This document shows positions 17,859 through 27,358 of a stretch of 38,800 nucleotides of DNA, piece by piece (position 1 is the stretch's first letter; each line of letters starts with the position of its first letter). Source of the stretch: Candidatus Thorarchaeota archaeon. Lineage in GTDB: Archaea; Asgardarchaeota; Thorarchaeia; Thorarchaeales; Thorarchaeaceae. The stretch covers positions 2,245,050 through 2,283,849 of the forward strand of contig CP070761.1 in NCBI GenBank assembly GCA_020348985.1, in the 5' to 3' direction. Under the pieces are notes generated by a model that saw only the letters and a program-made list of their open reading frames with translations, had not been told where the DNA came from and ran no database searches. Made by a program: the position numbers and the translations under genes.

Positions 17859-18293
17859 ATGATAGATGATGATTTCGATAAGATATTCCGCCAAATGATT
17901 GAGAGGTTATTCGGCGGTCCGATTGATAGAGATGGAGACGGAACTCTGCGATTCAGGTTCGGCCCAATACCACAAGGGATACAGCAAAACGAAGTAGAGT
18001 TTGAAGACGGGCCAGCTAGACCCACAGTTGAGAAGATTGAGTTGGGTGATGGTCTTCTCGTCATTGTAAGGAATATGCCAGGATCTGATTCGCCTGGAGT
18101 CAAGATAGAAGAAAACAGGCTCATAATAGAAGCAACTGAGGAAGAGAAGGAACTCTCCATCGAGGTTCCATTCAAGGTAGATGTGGAAGGTTCTTCATAC
18201 TCCTTTAGAAACGGAGTGATTGAAGTCGATTTGGTTAGAGCAAGTGACGATTCTGGTGAGATTCAAACAAGCGGATCTCTGAGGAGTGTGTAG
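17859..18293 (+). CDS. Small heat-shock protein (Hsp20/alpha-crystallin-like)
   Basis: DDDFDKIFRQM N-terminus, alpha-crystallin end YSFRNGVIEVDL, and position immediately upstream of cdc48 (a common archaeal pairing). Confidence 0.75.
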   Translation: MIDDDFDKIFRQMIERLFGGPIDRDGDGTLRFRFGPIPQGIQQNEVEFEDGPARPTVEKIELGDGLLVIVRNMPGSDSPGVKIEENRLIIEATEEEKELSIEVPFKVDVEGSSYSFRNGVIEVDLVRASDDSGEIQTSGSLRSV

Positions 18294-18303
18294 GTGAAGG
18301 AAT

Positions 18304-20499
18304 ATGAGCTCAGAGAGAGAGCCTGTTCAGCTGACTGTGGCGGCGGCTTACCCTGCCGACCACGGACACGGATTTGTTAGATTGAATTCCAAGGTTAGAA
18401 GGGAGCTGCAGTTAAGATCTGGCGACCATGTTCTAATTCGGGGCCAGAAAGAAACCGTGGCTACATCTTGGCCTGCCCAGCCGGAAGATGACACGTTGGA
18501 TATTGTCCGAATGGACGGACTCATTCGAGGAAACGCAGGTGTCAAGCTCAATGATATAGTTCACATTTCTTCTATCGCTGTTCCTGAGGCAAAGCGAGTT
18601 GTCATAGCTCCTGTAGACCAGATACGATTTGGGGAGCCGTTTGTGAATTTCGCAAAAAGGCAGATAATAAACAAGGCTGTGACGCGTGGTGACATGCTTT
18701 CAATTGGCACAATAGGAACCGCAATCCGCTTCGTTGTCACAGCTGTTACTCCTGGAAAGCATGCTCGAGTTACTGAGGGAACGAGTCTCGAGGTTCTGCA
18801 GAAACCAGTCTCACCTGAAGAGGTCACTGCGCCTCTTGTAACGTACGAAGACATTGGTGGTCTAGGCACAGAATTGCAGAAGATTCGCGAAATGGTAGAG
18901 CTGCCAATGAAGTCGCCAGAGTTGTTCAAGAGACTTGGTATAACTCCCCCCAAGGGAGTCTTGCTTCACGGACCTCCTGGGACTGGTAAGACCCTGATCG
19001 CAAAAGCAGTGGCGAACGAGTCTGGTGCGAACTTCCTAGTCATCAATGGTCCTGAAATCATGTCGAAATTCTATGGTGAATCTGAGCAGAAGCTCAGAGA
19101 GTTGTTCAAAGAGGCAGAAGAGAATGCCCCAAGCATTCTGTTCATTGATGAGATTGACAGTATTGCGCCAAAGCGAGCAGAAGTAACAGGTGAAGTAGAA
19201 CGCAGGGTTGTAGCCCAGCTGCTAGCCTTGATGGACGGTCTTGCGGGTAGAGGACAGGTCATTGTTATTGGGGCAACCAATAGGCCAGATGATGTTGACG
19301 AGGCACTAAGAAGACCTGGCCGCTTTGATCGAGAGATTGAGTTACGAGTACCGGACGTAAAGGGCCGATTAGAGATTCTGCAAATCCATACCAGAGCCAT
19401 GCCACTCGAGGAGGGGGTTGACCTTTCCAAGCTGGCTGCTGTAGCACATGGGTTTGTTGGGGCGGATCTCGCAGCTTTGGCACGAGAGGCTGCAATGTGT
19501 ACGCTCAGAAGAGCATTGCCTCATGTCGATCCAGAGACTGGTGACATTCCGATGGACATTCTGAGCAATCTCTACGTCACGCAGGCTGACTTCGACTCGG
19601 CTATGTCAGAGATTTCTCCCTCAGCGCTACGTGAGGTTCTCATTGAAAAGCCCAATGTAAGATGGGACGACGTAGGTGGTTTAGCGAAAGTCAAATCCCA
19701 GCTAAGAGAAGCTGTAGAGACCCCACTAAGACACCCAGAAGTATTCGAGGAAATGGGCATTCGAGCTCCGAAGGGAGTTCTTCTCTTTGGTCCTCCCGGG
19801 ACAGGAAAGACATTGTTGGCAAAAGCAGTGGCAACAGAGAGCGAAGCCAATTTCATTTCTGTCAGGGGTCCTGAGATTTTCAATAAGTACGTTGGCGAAT
19901 CAGAGAAGGCTGTCCGAGAAGTCTTCAAGAAAGCTCGACAGACAGCTCCATGTGTTCTGTTCTTTGACGAGGTCGATGCAATCTTGGGATCGAGGAGCAT
20001 GCAAGATGACACGGGTGTTAGCAAGAGAATTGTCAATCAGTTCCTGGCAGAGATTGATGGTTTACAGGCGCTGCAAGGAGTCCTTGTCATAGGGGCAACG
20101 AACCGAGCTGATATCATTGATCCAGCTGTTCTTCGTCCCGGCCGCTTTGATTCAGTTATCTTTGTACCGCCTCCCGACAAGGATGCGAGATTGGAGATCC
20201 TCAAGGTTCATACAAGGAGAATGCCACTAGATGATGACGTGAGCTTGGAGAAGCTGGCCGAAATTTCAGAAGGATTCTCTGGTGCTGACCTTGAAGGTTT
20301 ATCCAGAGAAGCTGCAATGGCAGCTGTGAGAAAGGATTGGAAATCCCGACCCGCAAAGATGGAGCACTTCATGGAAGCTCTGAAAGAGGTAAGGCCAAGC
20401 ATTACACCAGAGGATTTGAAGAGATTCGCTGCAATAGCTGAGTGGGTTCTGAGGCGTCAACCTGACAAGATAGACGAAGCACCCCCTGGCTATGTTTAG
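18304..20499 (+). CDS. cdc48: CDC48/VCP (VAT) AAA+ ATPase
   Basis: N-domain plus two AAA modules (GPPGTGKT twice, FIDEID/FFDEVD, RRPGRFD/LRPGRFD). C-terminus ...PPGYV. Confidence 0.97.
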   Translation: MSSEREPVQLTVAAAYPADHGHGFVRLNSKVRRELQLRSGDHVLIRGQKETVATSWPAQPEDDTLDIVRMDGLIRGNAGVKLNDIVHISSIAVPEAKRVVIAPVDQIRFGEPFVNFAKRQIINKAVTRGDMLSIGTIGTAIRFVVTAVTPGKHARVTEGTSLEVLQKPVSPEEVTAPLVTYEDIGGLGTELQKIREMVELPMKSPELFKRLGITPPKGVLLHGPPGTGKTLIAKAVANESGANFLVINGPEIMSKFYGESEQKLRELFKEAEENAPSILFIDEIDSIAPKRAEVTGEVERRVVAQLLALMDGLAGRGQVIVIGATNRPDDVDEALRRPGRFDREIELRVPDVKGRLEILQIHTRAMPLEEGVDLSKLAAVAHGFVGADLAALAREAAMCTLRRALPHVDPETGDIPMDILSNLYVTQADFDSAMSEISPSALREVLIEKPNVRWDDVGGLAKVKSQLREAVETPLRHPEVFEEMGIRAPKGVLLFGPPGTGKTLLAKAVATESEANFISVRGPEIFNKYVGESEKAVREVFKKARQTAPCVLFFDEVDAILGSRSMQDDTGVSKRIVNQFLAEIDGLQALQGVLVIGATNRADIIDPAVLRPGRFDSVIFVPPPDKDARLEILKVHTRRMPLDDDVSLEKLAEISEGFSGADLEGLSREAAMAAVRKDWKSRPAKMEHFMEALKEVRPSITPEDLKRFAAIAEWVLRRQPDKIDEAPPGYV

Positions 20500-20515
20500 C
20501 CTATAGACACGATTG

Positions 20516-20544
20516 GAGGAAGAGTGCGCAAAGTCACTCTCCTC
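20516..20544 (+). terminator. Hairpin downstream of cdc48
   Basis: GAGGAAGAGTG...CACTCT-CCTC imperfect stem starting 17 nt after the stop. Confidence 0.4.
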
Positions 20545-20651
20545 GCCATGTCTCTTGGTCTTTAGGTAATCAAATCGAGAACAGGATATGGCTATAAGGA
20601 TGAGTCACTTCACAGGGAAAACACGAGGCCTTGCCCTCGGAGTGGCTCGCT

Positions 20652-23141
20652 ATGCGAAATCGTTGGATTATCAATCTCTGTTCCTTTCTTCACTTCGATA
20701 ATTCACGGACACAGACTTACGAACACAACATCAGCATTGTCTCCTGGAATGTGAAGAGTGTTCTAGATTTCCTGGATGCAAGTCCGGAGCACAAGTTCTG
20801 TCTGGATCAAGTAACATTGATTGAGGGATTCGCTCGACTGTTCCCGAATTACATGGATACACTTCATGAGCGTGTTCTCGAAGGTCGGATCGAAGCTGTC
20901 GGGGGTACGTACGTGATGCCGGACTTTGTGATACCCGACGGCGAGTCAATCGTCAGGCAGTTTCTGCTCGGAAACCAGTTCTTTCGGGAAGAACTCGGTG
21001 TCGACGTCAAGACAGGATGGGCAATCGATTCTGCTGGCCATTGTGCCCAACTTCCACAGATTCTGAGACAATGCGGTATAGACTCCTACTTCTTCTGGCG
21101 TGGTATGCTGTTTGACGGTCCTACTGAGTTTGTCTGGAAGGGACCTGACGGAAGCAGAGTCAACGCGATCTGGCTTTCAAACGGATTCGAGCAAGCCGCC
21201 TGGTTGTCTGAGAACACCCGAGAAGCATTTACGAAGCTCATGGCAATAGTTGATACCACCTCTCCACGTGCTGTATCACAGAATGTCTTTGTTCCGGTGG
21301 GAGGCGAGCTCGTTCCACCTTTGCCGCACCTTGTGGACATTGTGAATCAGTGGAATTCAACATTCCCAGACATGAAAATGGTAATCGCAACTCCAAGAGA
21401 GTTTGCTGACAAACTGAAATCGGTCAAGGCCGAATTGCCTGTGATCTCCGGGTCGCTATCCTCAGGCCGCTTTTCAGGGGTGCGGTCAGGGGGACTCAGC
21501 TCACGAGTCAAGCTTAAGGTTATGAACCGCAAGCTCGAGACCCTGCTTCATCTTCTTGAGCTGTACCTGTCCATTCTCGGGGAGCATTCAAAGAACATGG
21601 AAGTTGATAACATATGGCGGATTCTCTTATTCAACCAGGATCACAACCTCATCCGAGGAACAGTTGCTGAGGAGCCGTATCAATTGGCCCTTCGAAGATT
21701 CCGAGAAGGTATCAGAATGGCTGAAACGGAACTTGAGGAAGTAGTTCAACTACTATCCTCGAGTGTCACGCCTGCAAAGGATGGTCTCTCCATTGTCGTG
21801 CTCAATTCACTACCATGGGTTAGAAGCGACATAGTCCGAGTTAGGGTGGATTTGTCCGAACTCGAAGGTGAATTCTTCGAGTTAGTGGATTCAGGTGGAA
21901 AGAGTATCCCGTTTCAATATACAGTCGGGCAAGATGATTCCAGTCTTGCGGATTTGTTTTTCATAGGTGAAGATCTGCCGAGTCTGGGCCACAGAGTCTA
22001 TGGTCTAGTAGCTACTGAGACAAGACCCGAATTCGAGTTCAAGATCAAGAGTGGCACAAACTGGATGGAGTCGGAACATTTCGTTGTAGAGTTTGACGAA
22101 TTCAGCGGCGCACTGAGTCGTCTGTTTGACAAACGAATTCAATTCGAAGTCGTTACGGGCGGCTCGAACTACATAACAATGGAAAGCGAAGTAGGCGATC
22201 TCTACCGTCATCTTGAGTCTGATCATTCGACACATGAGTCAGATTTGACAACACTGCGAACTTCAGGAGACCTTGATCTCATTGATTCTGGTCCCGTCAG
22301 AGTCGTGTTCCAAGTCACAAGCACAATTGACAAGTCAACACGAAAACAGACTGTTACTCTATACCATAATGTTCCTCGAATCGATATTGAGACTGAGCTC
22401 GACTTCAGAGCGTCAGCAAGACGAGTGCGTCTCAATTTTCCTCTGAACGTTTTCACCGACTCCGTGAATGTCGGCTCACAGTTTCTCATGGAGAAGAGAT
22501 ACACACCTTCAGCGGATCAGATTCATTGGGATGATCCTCAACAGGGAGTCTTCGACGCTCTAGACTGGGTTGATTGTGTCGGCCCAGACGCAAGTGTATG
22601 TCTTTCAGTCCCTGGGATTCACGAGTTTGAATTCATTGATGGCTTGTTGAGTGCCACGTTGATTCGAAGTGTCGATCACCTTTCTAGGGGTCTCGATGAC
22701 GAAGTGCTTGAGACGAAGTCAGCAAGAGAGCACGGTGTACACTCTTTCAGGTACTCTCTGATACCACATGAAGGAGACTCGATTGCTGCTGAGACATGGA
22801 AGAGATCAGCTGAGCACAGAATCCCGATGATAGCGAATGTGATCACCGAACCTACCGGGGAACTCCCCATAGAAATGAGTACACTTGAAGTGGAGAATGG
22901 TGTGCTTGGGCTCTCTTGTTACAAGCCTGCAGATCTAGCTGACGAATTCATCGTACGCTTCTTCGAGATGGCTGGTGATTCCACCACAGCCACGATAGCC
23001 TTCCACAGAGATGTCGAAAGAGTGCAGCTTGTTGACCTTCTAGAGAACGAGATTGGTGAGTTGAGTCACGAAGGTCGTAGAGTACACCTGCCCGTAGACG
23101 GACATTCCATAATCACACTACGAATCAAGTTCGTCAGTTAG
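20652..23141 (+). CDS. Glycoside hydrolase family 38 (alpha-mannosidase-like), cytosolic
   Basis: HFD, GGTYVMPD..IPDGESIVRQ, GWAIDSAGHCAQLPQIL, FVWKGPDGS, NQDHNLIRGT, NSLPWVR and C-terminal VRFFE. No signal peptide. Confidence 0.9.
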   Translation: MRNRWIINLCSFLHFDNSRTQTYEHNISIVSWNVKSVLDFLDASPEHKFCLDQVTLIEGFARLFPNYMDTLHERVLEGRIEAVGGTYVMPDFVIPDGESIVRQFLLGNQFFREELGVDVKTGWAIDSAGHCAQLPQILRQCGIDSYFFWRGMLFDGPTEFVWKGPDGSRVNAIWLSNGFEQAAWLSENTREAFTKLMAIVDTTSPRAVSQNVFVPVGGELVPPLPHLVDIVNQWNSTFPDMKMVIATPREFADKLKSVKAELPVISGSLSSGRFSGVRSGGLSSRVKLKVMNRKLETLLHLLELYLSILGEHSKNMEVDNIWRILLFNQDHNLIRGTVAEEPYQLALRRFREGIRMAETELEEVVQLLSSSVTPAKDGLSIVVLNSLPWVRSDIVRVRVDLSELEGEFFELVDSGGKSIPFQYTVGQDDSSLADLFFIGEDLPSLGHRVYGLVATETRPEFEFKIKSGTNWMESEHFVVEFDEFSGALSRLFDKRIQFEVVTGGSNYITMESEVGDLYRHLESDHSTHESDLTTLRTSGDLDLIDSGPVRVVFQVTSTIDKSTRKQTVTLYHNVPRIDIETELDFRASARRVRLNFPLNVFTDSVNVGSQFLMEKRYTPSADQIHWDDPQQGVFDALDWVDCVGPDASVCLSVPGIHEFEFIDGLLSATLIRSVDHLSRGLDDEVLETKSAREHGVHSFRYSLIPHEGDSIAAETWKRSAEHRIPMIANVITEPTGELPIEMSTLEVENGVLGLSCYKPADLADEFIVRFFEMAGDSTTATIAFHRDVERVQLVDLLENEIGELSHEGRRVHLPVDGHSIITLRIKFVS

Positions 23142-23246
23142 TTCCTCAAACTCAATCAGGGTAGTTCCCGATTACATTAGAGATATCCTTTTGAGCCAAC
23201 GTCCTCAATTGACCTATTCATGCTCTAGAGCAACGGAGGTGCCTTC

Positions 23247-24125
23247 ATGGGCGATTTCTATCCAATCTCTCCGCTAATTAACATCACCAACACTAGCTAC
23301 GCTGCCCAAGCAGGAGTAATGGACGAGAAGTGGGCCGCCAGGATTGTAAGAGGCAAGAAGATCATAACGGAAAAGACGGTTCTTCAGCTAGATCTCGATG
23401 CATTTGTGGGTGTCATCTATGGGCACATACGGTTGCCGGGTTTAAGCAGGCATGCCGTTGCACAGTGTGCTGGTAGACTGATGCAGTTCGCAAGGAAGTA
23501 TCAGACTTCAGGCGTTGCGCCGAATTTTGAGATTCCAGATCTGGTCCGTGATGAAATGGCAGATGAAGATATTGGAGCTGCCGAGGATGCCTCGACCTAT
23601 TCAGAAGTCTCTGTAGATGATTCAGCTGGAGATGCAGTGGAAACGCTGGAGCAAAACCCGATTGGAGCACTGCCTGAAATCGCAAAGGTTGAAGCAAGTG
23701 TGGCATGGGAAAATGATGTCGAAGCAAATGTCGCGGTGATTCAGGAAATGGCAGCGTATGGTGCTTCACTTCCAGAGGGCCATCTGAGTCTAATGTTCGA
23801 TAGAGCCGCCGATGCACTAGTGAGGCATTGGTGTACCAATGAAGATCCTGTATACCCTGTTTTGAAGTTTGGGCAGCTGATTCTGAGCTGCTCGACTGAA
23901 GGCCAAGTACCTTCAACCAGCAGAACGAAACTCACTCTTGAAACCGGCACGTGCAGGCTTCTTACCTGCGCAAGGAAGTTAGAGAAGTCAGGGACGCAGT
24001 CTCCTTCCAACTACCCCTGTGCCTTTCATGAGATGTTAGCCTCCAAGGTGAGCTACGTATCAGGAGCCAAAATTAACCTGAACATTTCTTCAACGGGCTG
24101 TATTGTTACAATGTCTTTGGATTGA
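23247..24125 (+). CDS. Two-domain protein with acidic linker and C-terminal V4R/Bet3-like domain
   Basis: C-terminal pattern LETGTCRL...YPCAFHE...TGCIVTM (C...C...C) matches the V4R/H-NOX/Bet3 fold. Low-complexity acidic linker at about aa 100-140. Confidence 0.5.
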   Translation: MGDFYPISPLINITNTSYAAQAGVMDEKWAARIVRGKKIITEKTVLQLDLDAFVGVIYGHIRLPGLSRHAVAQCAGRLMQFARKYQTSGVAPNFEIPDLVRDEMADEDIGAAEDASTYSEVSVDDSAGDAVETLEQNPIGALPEIAKVEASVAWENDVEANVAVIQEMAAYGASLPEGHLSLMFDRAADALVRHWCTNEDPVYPVLKFGQLILSCSTEGQVPSTSRTKLTLETGTCRLLTCARKLEKSGTQSPSNYPCAFHEMLASKVSYVSGAKINLNISSTGCIVTMSLD

Positions 24126-24223
24126 GGGAATGAAGATTAGATAGGCTTAATACGCTCCGGTTCACTAAACAGCCTCTAGACGAGACCTAGAGGTAATGGT
24201 CTCGATTTGGGAGAAGTATACTA

Positions 24224-24499
24224 ATGGCATATCTAACAATGCGGGACTATGTGCGTTCCGGGCCTGTGTGTTTTGGAGCTCTGCTGGTCATAGGCGGTTC
24301 GATTCTCGCAGTGATGGCTTCCATGGGGTACGATCTAATCCCAGGCTACACCATGATTGCCGGGGCCGCACTTGCTGTACTCGGATTGATTTTCATACTC
24401 ATTGGCTTCTTCTTTACGAGGAAGAAGCGTGACTCAGTCTTGACACCTGTTGACACACGTCTTGATGACACACCACCCCCGCCTCCACCACCAGACTAG
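24224..24499 (+). CDS. Small two-TM membrane protein with C-terminal polyproline tail
   Basis: Two hydrophobic helices, RKKR stop-transfer, ends DDTPPPPPPPD. Confidence 0.75.
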   Translation: MAYLTMRDYVRSGPVCFGALLVIGGSILAVMASMGYDLIPGYTMIAGAALAVLGLIFILIGFFFTRKKRDSVLTPVDTRLDDTPPPPPPPD

Positions 24500-24511
24500 T
24501 AATCTGAACTA

Positions 24512-24568
24512 GAGCTCTGGAAGAGTCAAGATGGCTCTTCCTCGGGCTCCATTTGTCTCTTTCTTTCA
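24512..24568 (+). terminator. Hairpin plus T-rich tract
   Basis: GGAAGAGTCA-AGA-TGGCTCTTCC stem (24519-24541), extendable with GAGCTC/GGGCTC, followed by TTTGTCTCTTTCTTTC. Confidence 0.5.
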
Positions 24569-24653
24569 GTAGCAACCACGGATAGCTAGTCACCGGTCTC
24601 AGTCAATCTAACTCATTGGAAACGAGCGGAACGATGATATTCAACCTGAATCG

Positions 24654-25379
24654 GTGTCTTTCGGAGATGTGTTTTTGGTGGACGAGGAAGGGCTCAAGAG
24701 CTACCTCAAGAAAAAGAGGAAGAGTGCGAACACCATAGATCGCAGTCTGATGTTCACAATAAGATTCGCGAATTTTCTTGTCCAATTCAGGAAGGGCGCA
24801 AGTATTGAAGACTCCGAGCCAGCAGATCTTGAGGAGTTTGTAGCTTGGCTCGAAGAGAACAATGAGTCACCGAACGCAGTCCTCTGGGGTCTATGGTTCT
24901 ACTTCGACTTCATTGAGAGGAAGGAAATGACCAAGAGGGTGTCGGAGCTGAGAGGAAGCCGAATCAAGACTCCAGCTTTTCTCCTGTCTGATTTCAGAGA
25001 CGTTTCCCAAGAGTACGCTGACAAGCTAGGCAAAATTGGTATCAAGAACGTATCCGAGATGTTAGACGCTGGTCGAACTAGAAAGGGCCGTCAGGAAATT
25101 GCTGAGAGAAGCGGTGTACCCCTGAAGGTTGTCGAAGAGCTAGCCCTCCTCTCAGATCTGTCAAGGATTCCAGGCTTGAAGGCCATTCGGGCACGGCTTT
25201 ACTACGATGCCGGAGTTGAGACACTTGACAAACTGGCAAAGTGGGATCCTGAGGAGCTCCGAACGATGCTAGTCAGGTTCGTCGCTGAGAGTGGATTTGA
25301 CGGCATGGTACCATGGCCCAAAGAAGCCAAATGTGCAGTAGAAACCGCCAGAGAGCTTCCGCGGCTCTTGGAGTACTGA
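24654..25379 (+). CDS. DUF4332 (helix-hairpin-helix) protein with N-terminal integrase-SAM-like helical domain
   Basis: YADKLGKIGIKNVSEML...SDLSRIPGL...RLYYDAGVETLDKLAKWDPEEL (DUF4332 pattern). N-terminal KSANTI...FANFL...DLEEFVAWL. Start uncertain. Confidence 0.7.
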   Translation: MSFGDVFLVDEEGLKSYLKKKRKSANTIDRSLMFTIRFANFLVQFRKGASIEDSEPADLEEFVAWLEENNESPNAVLWGLWFYFDFIERKEMTKRVSELRGSRIKTPAFLLSDFRDVSQEYADKLGKIGIKNVSEMLDAGRTRKGRQEIAERSGVPLKVVEELALLSDLSRIPGLKAIRARLYYDAGVETLDKLAKWDPEELRTMLVRFVAESGFDGMVPWPKEAKCAVETARELPRLLEY

Positions 25380-25569
25380 CTTTCACTGCTTTTTCATCCT
25401 ATCTCTGTCAACACGATTATCAAGTACTATCAAATGTGCTAGATATGCTAATATGTGTCCCAACAGTTCTTGTCCTGCGCTGAATCCATTCTCACTGGCT
25501 AGCAAGTGTGTAGATGGTATGCGAAAGAAGGAAAAGAGGCTTCACTAAGAACCACGATTGTTGGGAGGC

Positions 25570-27351
25570 ATGACTTCCTTGTCGGAAGAACGAATTGAAC
25601 GATTCATCGCAGAACAGGCGAGAGACCTTGTGAGGCAATCTGCAGGAAACAAATTCCTGCGAGAAGCAGATGCGCTTATGGAAAAGGGAGACTTTGCTGG
25701 AGCTGACAAGCTTCTTGTTCAGGCCGCTGACGCCTTTGTCGCTTCGGCCCAGGAGTACAGAGACGGCAAGAGCTACAAGAAGTCTGCTATTCTGATGTGT
25801 ACAGCTGGGGATGTCCTATCAGACATTGGCTATTCCGAACGGGCAGTCTCCTCATACGCGCTTGCGGCCGATGACTTGCTTGGTGCTGCTAGAGAGCACT
25901 TGATGTGGGAAGATGACATGGAGACCAAGAAGGGGACCGCACTAGCGGTCGCCTCGGCCATGATCCTCCTAATGATAGGGCAGGATGCCGAGGGATTTCA
26001 TAGGGCAAGGACGTTTGCCTCAGAGAATGCTTCCCGAATTCGGTTTCCTGATGTCATCAGACTGAGCCAGATTCCACAGCAGCTCGAAACTGCAATCCAG
26101 ACTCTGGATCTGGCTTCTTTCTCTTCAGCTGAGAACGCCATCGTAACCGAACTGAAGGCCGCTCTTGTTGGCGGCGACGCTGCTTCGTTTTCCACGTACG
26201 TCGACAAAGGAATGGATATGGTCAGGGAGACTCTGCGAGGTAGGCTCAAGGTTCCGAAAGTAGTTAGCCAACTAGAGCTACCTGTCGACATGACGTTTAC
26301 CGAGCAATTCCCTCTTCGTGCAGTAATCAAAAACACTGGAGAGGGTGAAGCCCTCAATCTCTCTGCTGAATGGCATGTTGATGATGGCATTGCGATAGTG
26401 TCCGGAGAGAAGAAGACTCAGATGCCCCGGCTTGACTCAGGAGAATCACTGACCCTCGAAATCACGGCCAAGTCCAAACAGGCTGATCTCATGGGCGCAA
26501 AGGAATACTCCATAATGGTCAGAGGAACCTATGGGGACAAACTGAGTACTGAGTATTCTCTTCAGGCAGGCCCGGGTGCCTTGATACTGAAGGACTTCAA
26601 AGAAGCAGAGAAGTTGCGGCACGACATTGATGTCACCGACAGCCGACTAGGTCTCCTACGGGATACAATTGAAGTAGGTGATTTGGAGAAGGAACCGCTT
26701 CACAGAATTGCAGAAGCATTCTCAGATGCTTTGCAACAGGCCCGTGGTGACTTGGGTCAGAATGAAATAGAGTCCGCAAAAACCAGGATTGCGCTGATCA
26801 ACCAACTGCTAGAGTCGGTCGATTCGCTTCTGGGCGATGATGCACTGTCGGAGAAGCTAGTACAGGCCAGAGAGGCTGAGAAACGGGCTCACACAATGAT
26901 GATGCTGGAAAGCCTATCCAACGAAGTTGGTGAGCGGATTGATAGGCACAAGAGGGGGCTAGAAGACGACATCGAATCTGCGAAGGAGAAGTGGAATTCT
27001 GAGGCAAGCAAGAAGAAGGAGATAGTGGGTGTCCTTTCAGAGATGAAAGAATCACTAGCAGAATCGATTCTGAGTCTCGAGAGTGTGTACAACAAGTTAC
27101 CAACTGCATCTTCAACTACTGACCCAGACGAAGCCGCTTCACGGACAAGACTTCGCTCGGCGATGGATGACTCCAAGGCGAAGCTTGCTGAGATACAGAA
27201 CAAGGTTTCTAGGATCGCCGCCGATGACTTCCTGACTGGAGCTGCTGAGCCTGATGTTCCTCCAACTGTCAAAGCAGCGCTTGAGTCTCTGTCATCCATA
27301 AAGGCAGAGCTAGATGAGGTGCTTGCGTCCAAGAAACGCACGATGGAGTAG
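25570..27351 (+). CDS. SNAP/TPR-like solenoid + Ig-like (CARDB-type) domain + coiled coil
   Basis: Ala-rich helical hairpins (AADAFVASAQEY, SAILMCTAGDVL, AVSSYALAADDL), a beta-sandwich with IKNTGEGEALNL...LDSGESLTL, and about 250 aa of heptad-rich C-terminus. No signal peptide or TM segment. Confidence 0.65.
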   Translation: MTSLSEERIERFIAEQARDLVRQSAGNKFLREADALMEKGDFAGADKLLVQAADAFVASAQEYRDGKSYKKSAILMCTAGDVLSDIGYSERAVSSYALAADDLLGAAREHLMWEDDMETKKGTALAVASAMILLMIGQDAEGFHRARTFASENASRIRFPDVIRLSQIPQQLETAIQTLDLASFSSAENAIVTELKAALVGGDAASFSTYVDKGMDMVRETLRGRLKVPKVVSQLELPVDMTFTEQFPLRAVIKNTGEGEALNLSAEWHVDDGIAIVSGEKKTQMPRLDSGESLTLEITAKSKQADLMGAKEYSIMVRGTYGDKLSTEYSLQAGPGALILKDFKEAEKLRHDIDVTDSRLGLLRDTIEVGDLEKEPLHRIAEAFSDALQQARGDLGQNEIESAKTRIALINQLLESVDSLLGDDALSEKLVQAREAEKRAHTMMMLESLSNEVGERIDRHKRGLEDDIESAKEKWNSEASKKKEIVGVLSEMKESLAESILSLESVYNKLPTASSTTDPDEAASRTRLRSAMDDSKAKLAEIQNKVSRIAADDFLTGAAEPDVPPTVKAALESLSSIKAELDEVLASKKRTME

Positions 27352-27358
27352 CGAAATG

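Noticed and set aside
24654-25379. Integrase or mobile element
   Set aside because: Only an N-terminal SAM-like helical resemblance; no R-H-R-Y catalytic domain, att sites or terminal repeats.
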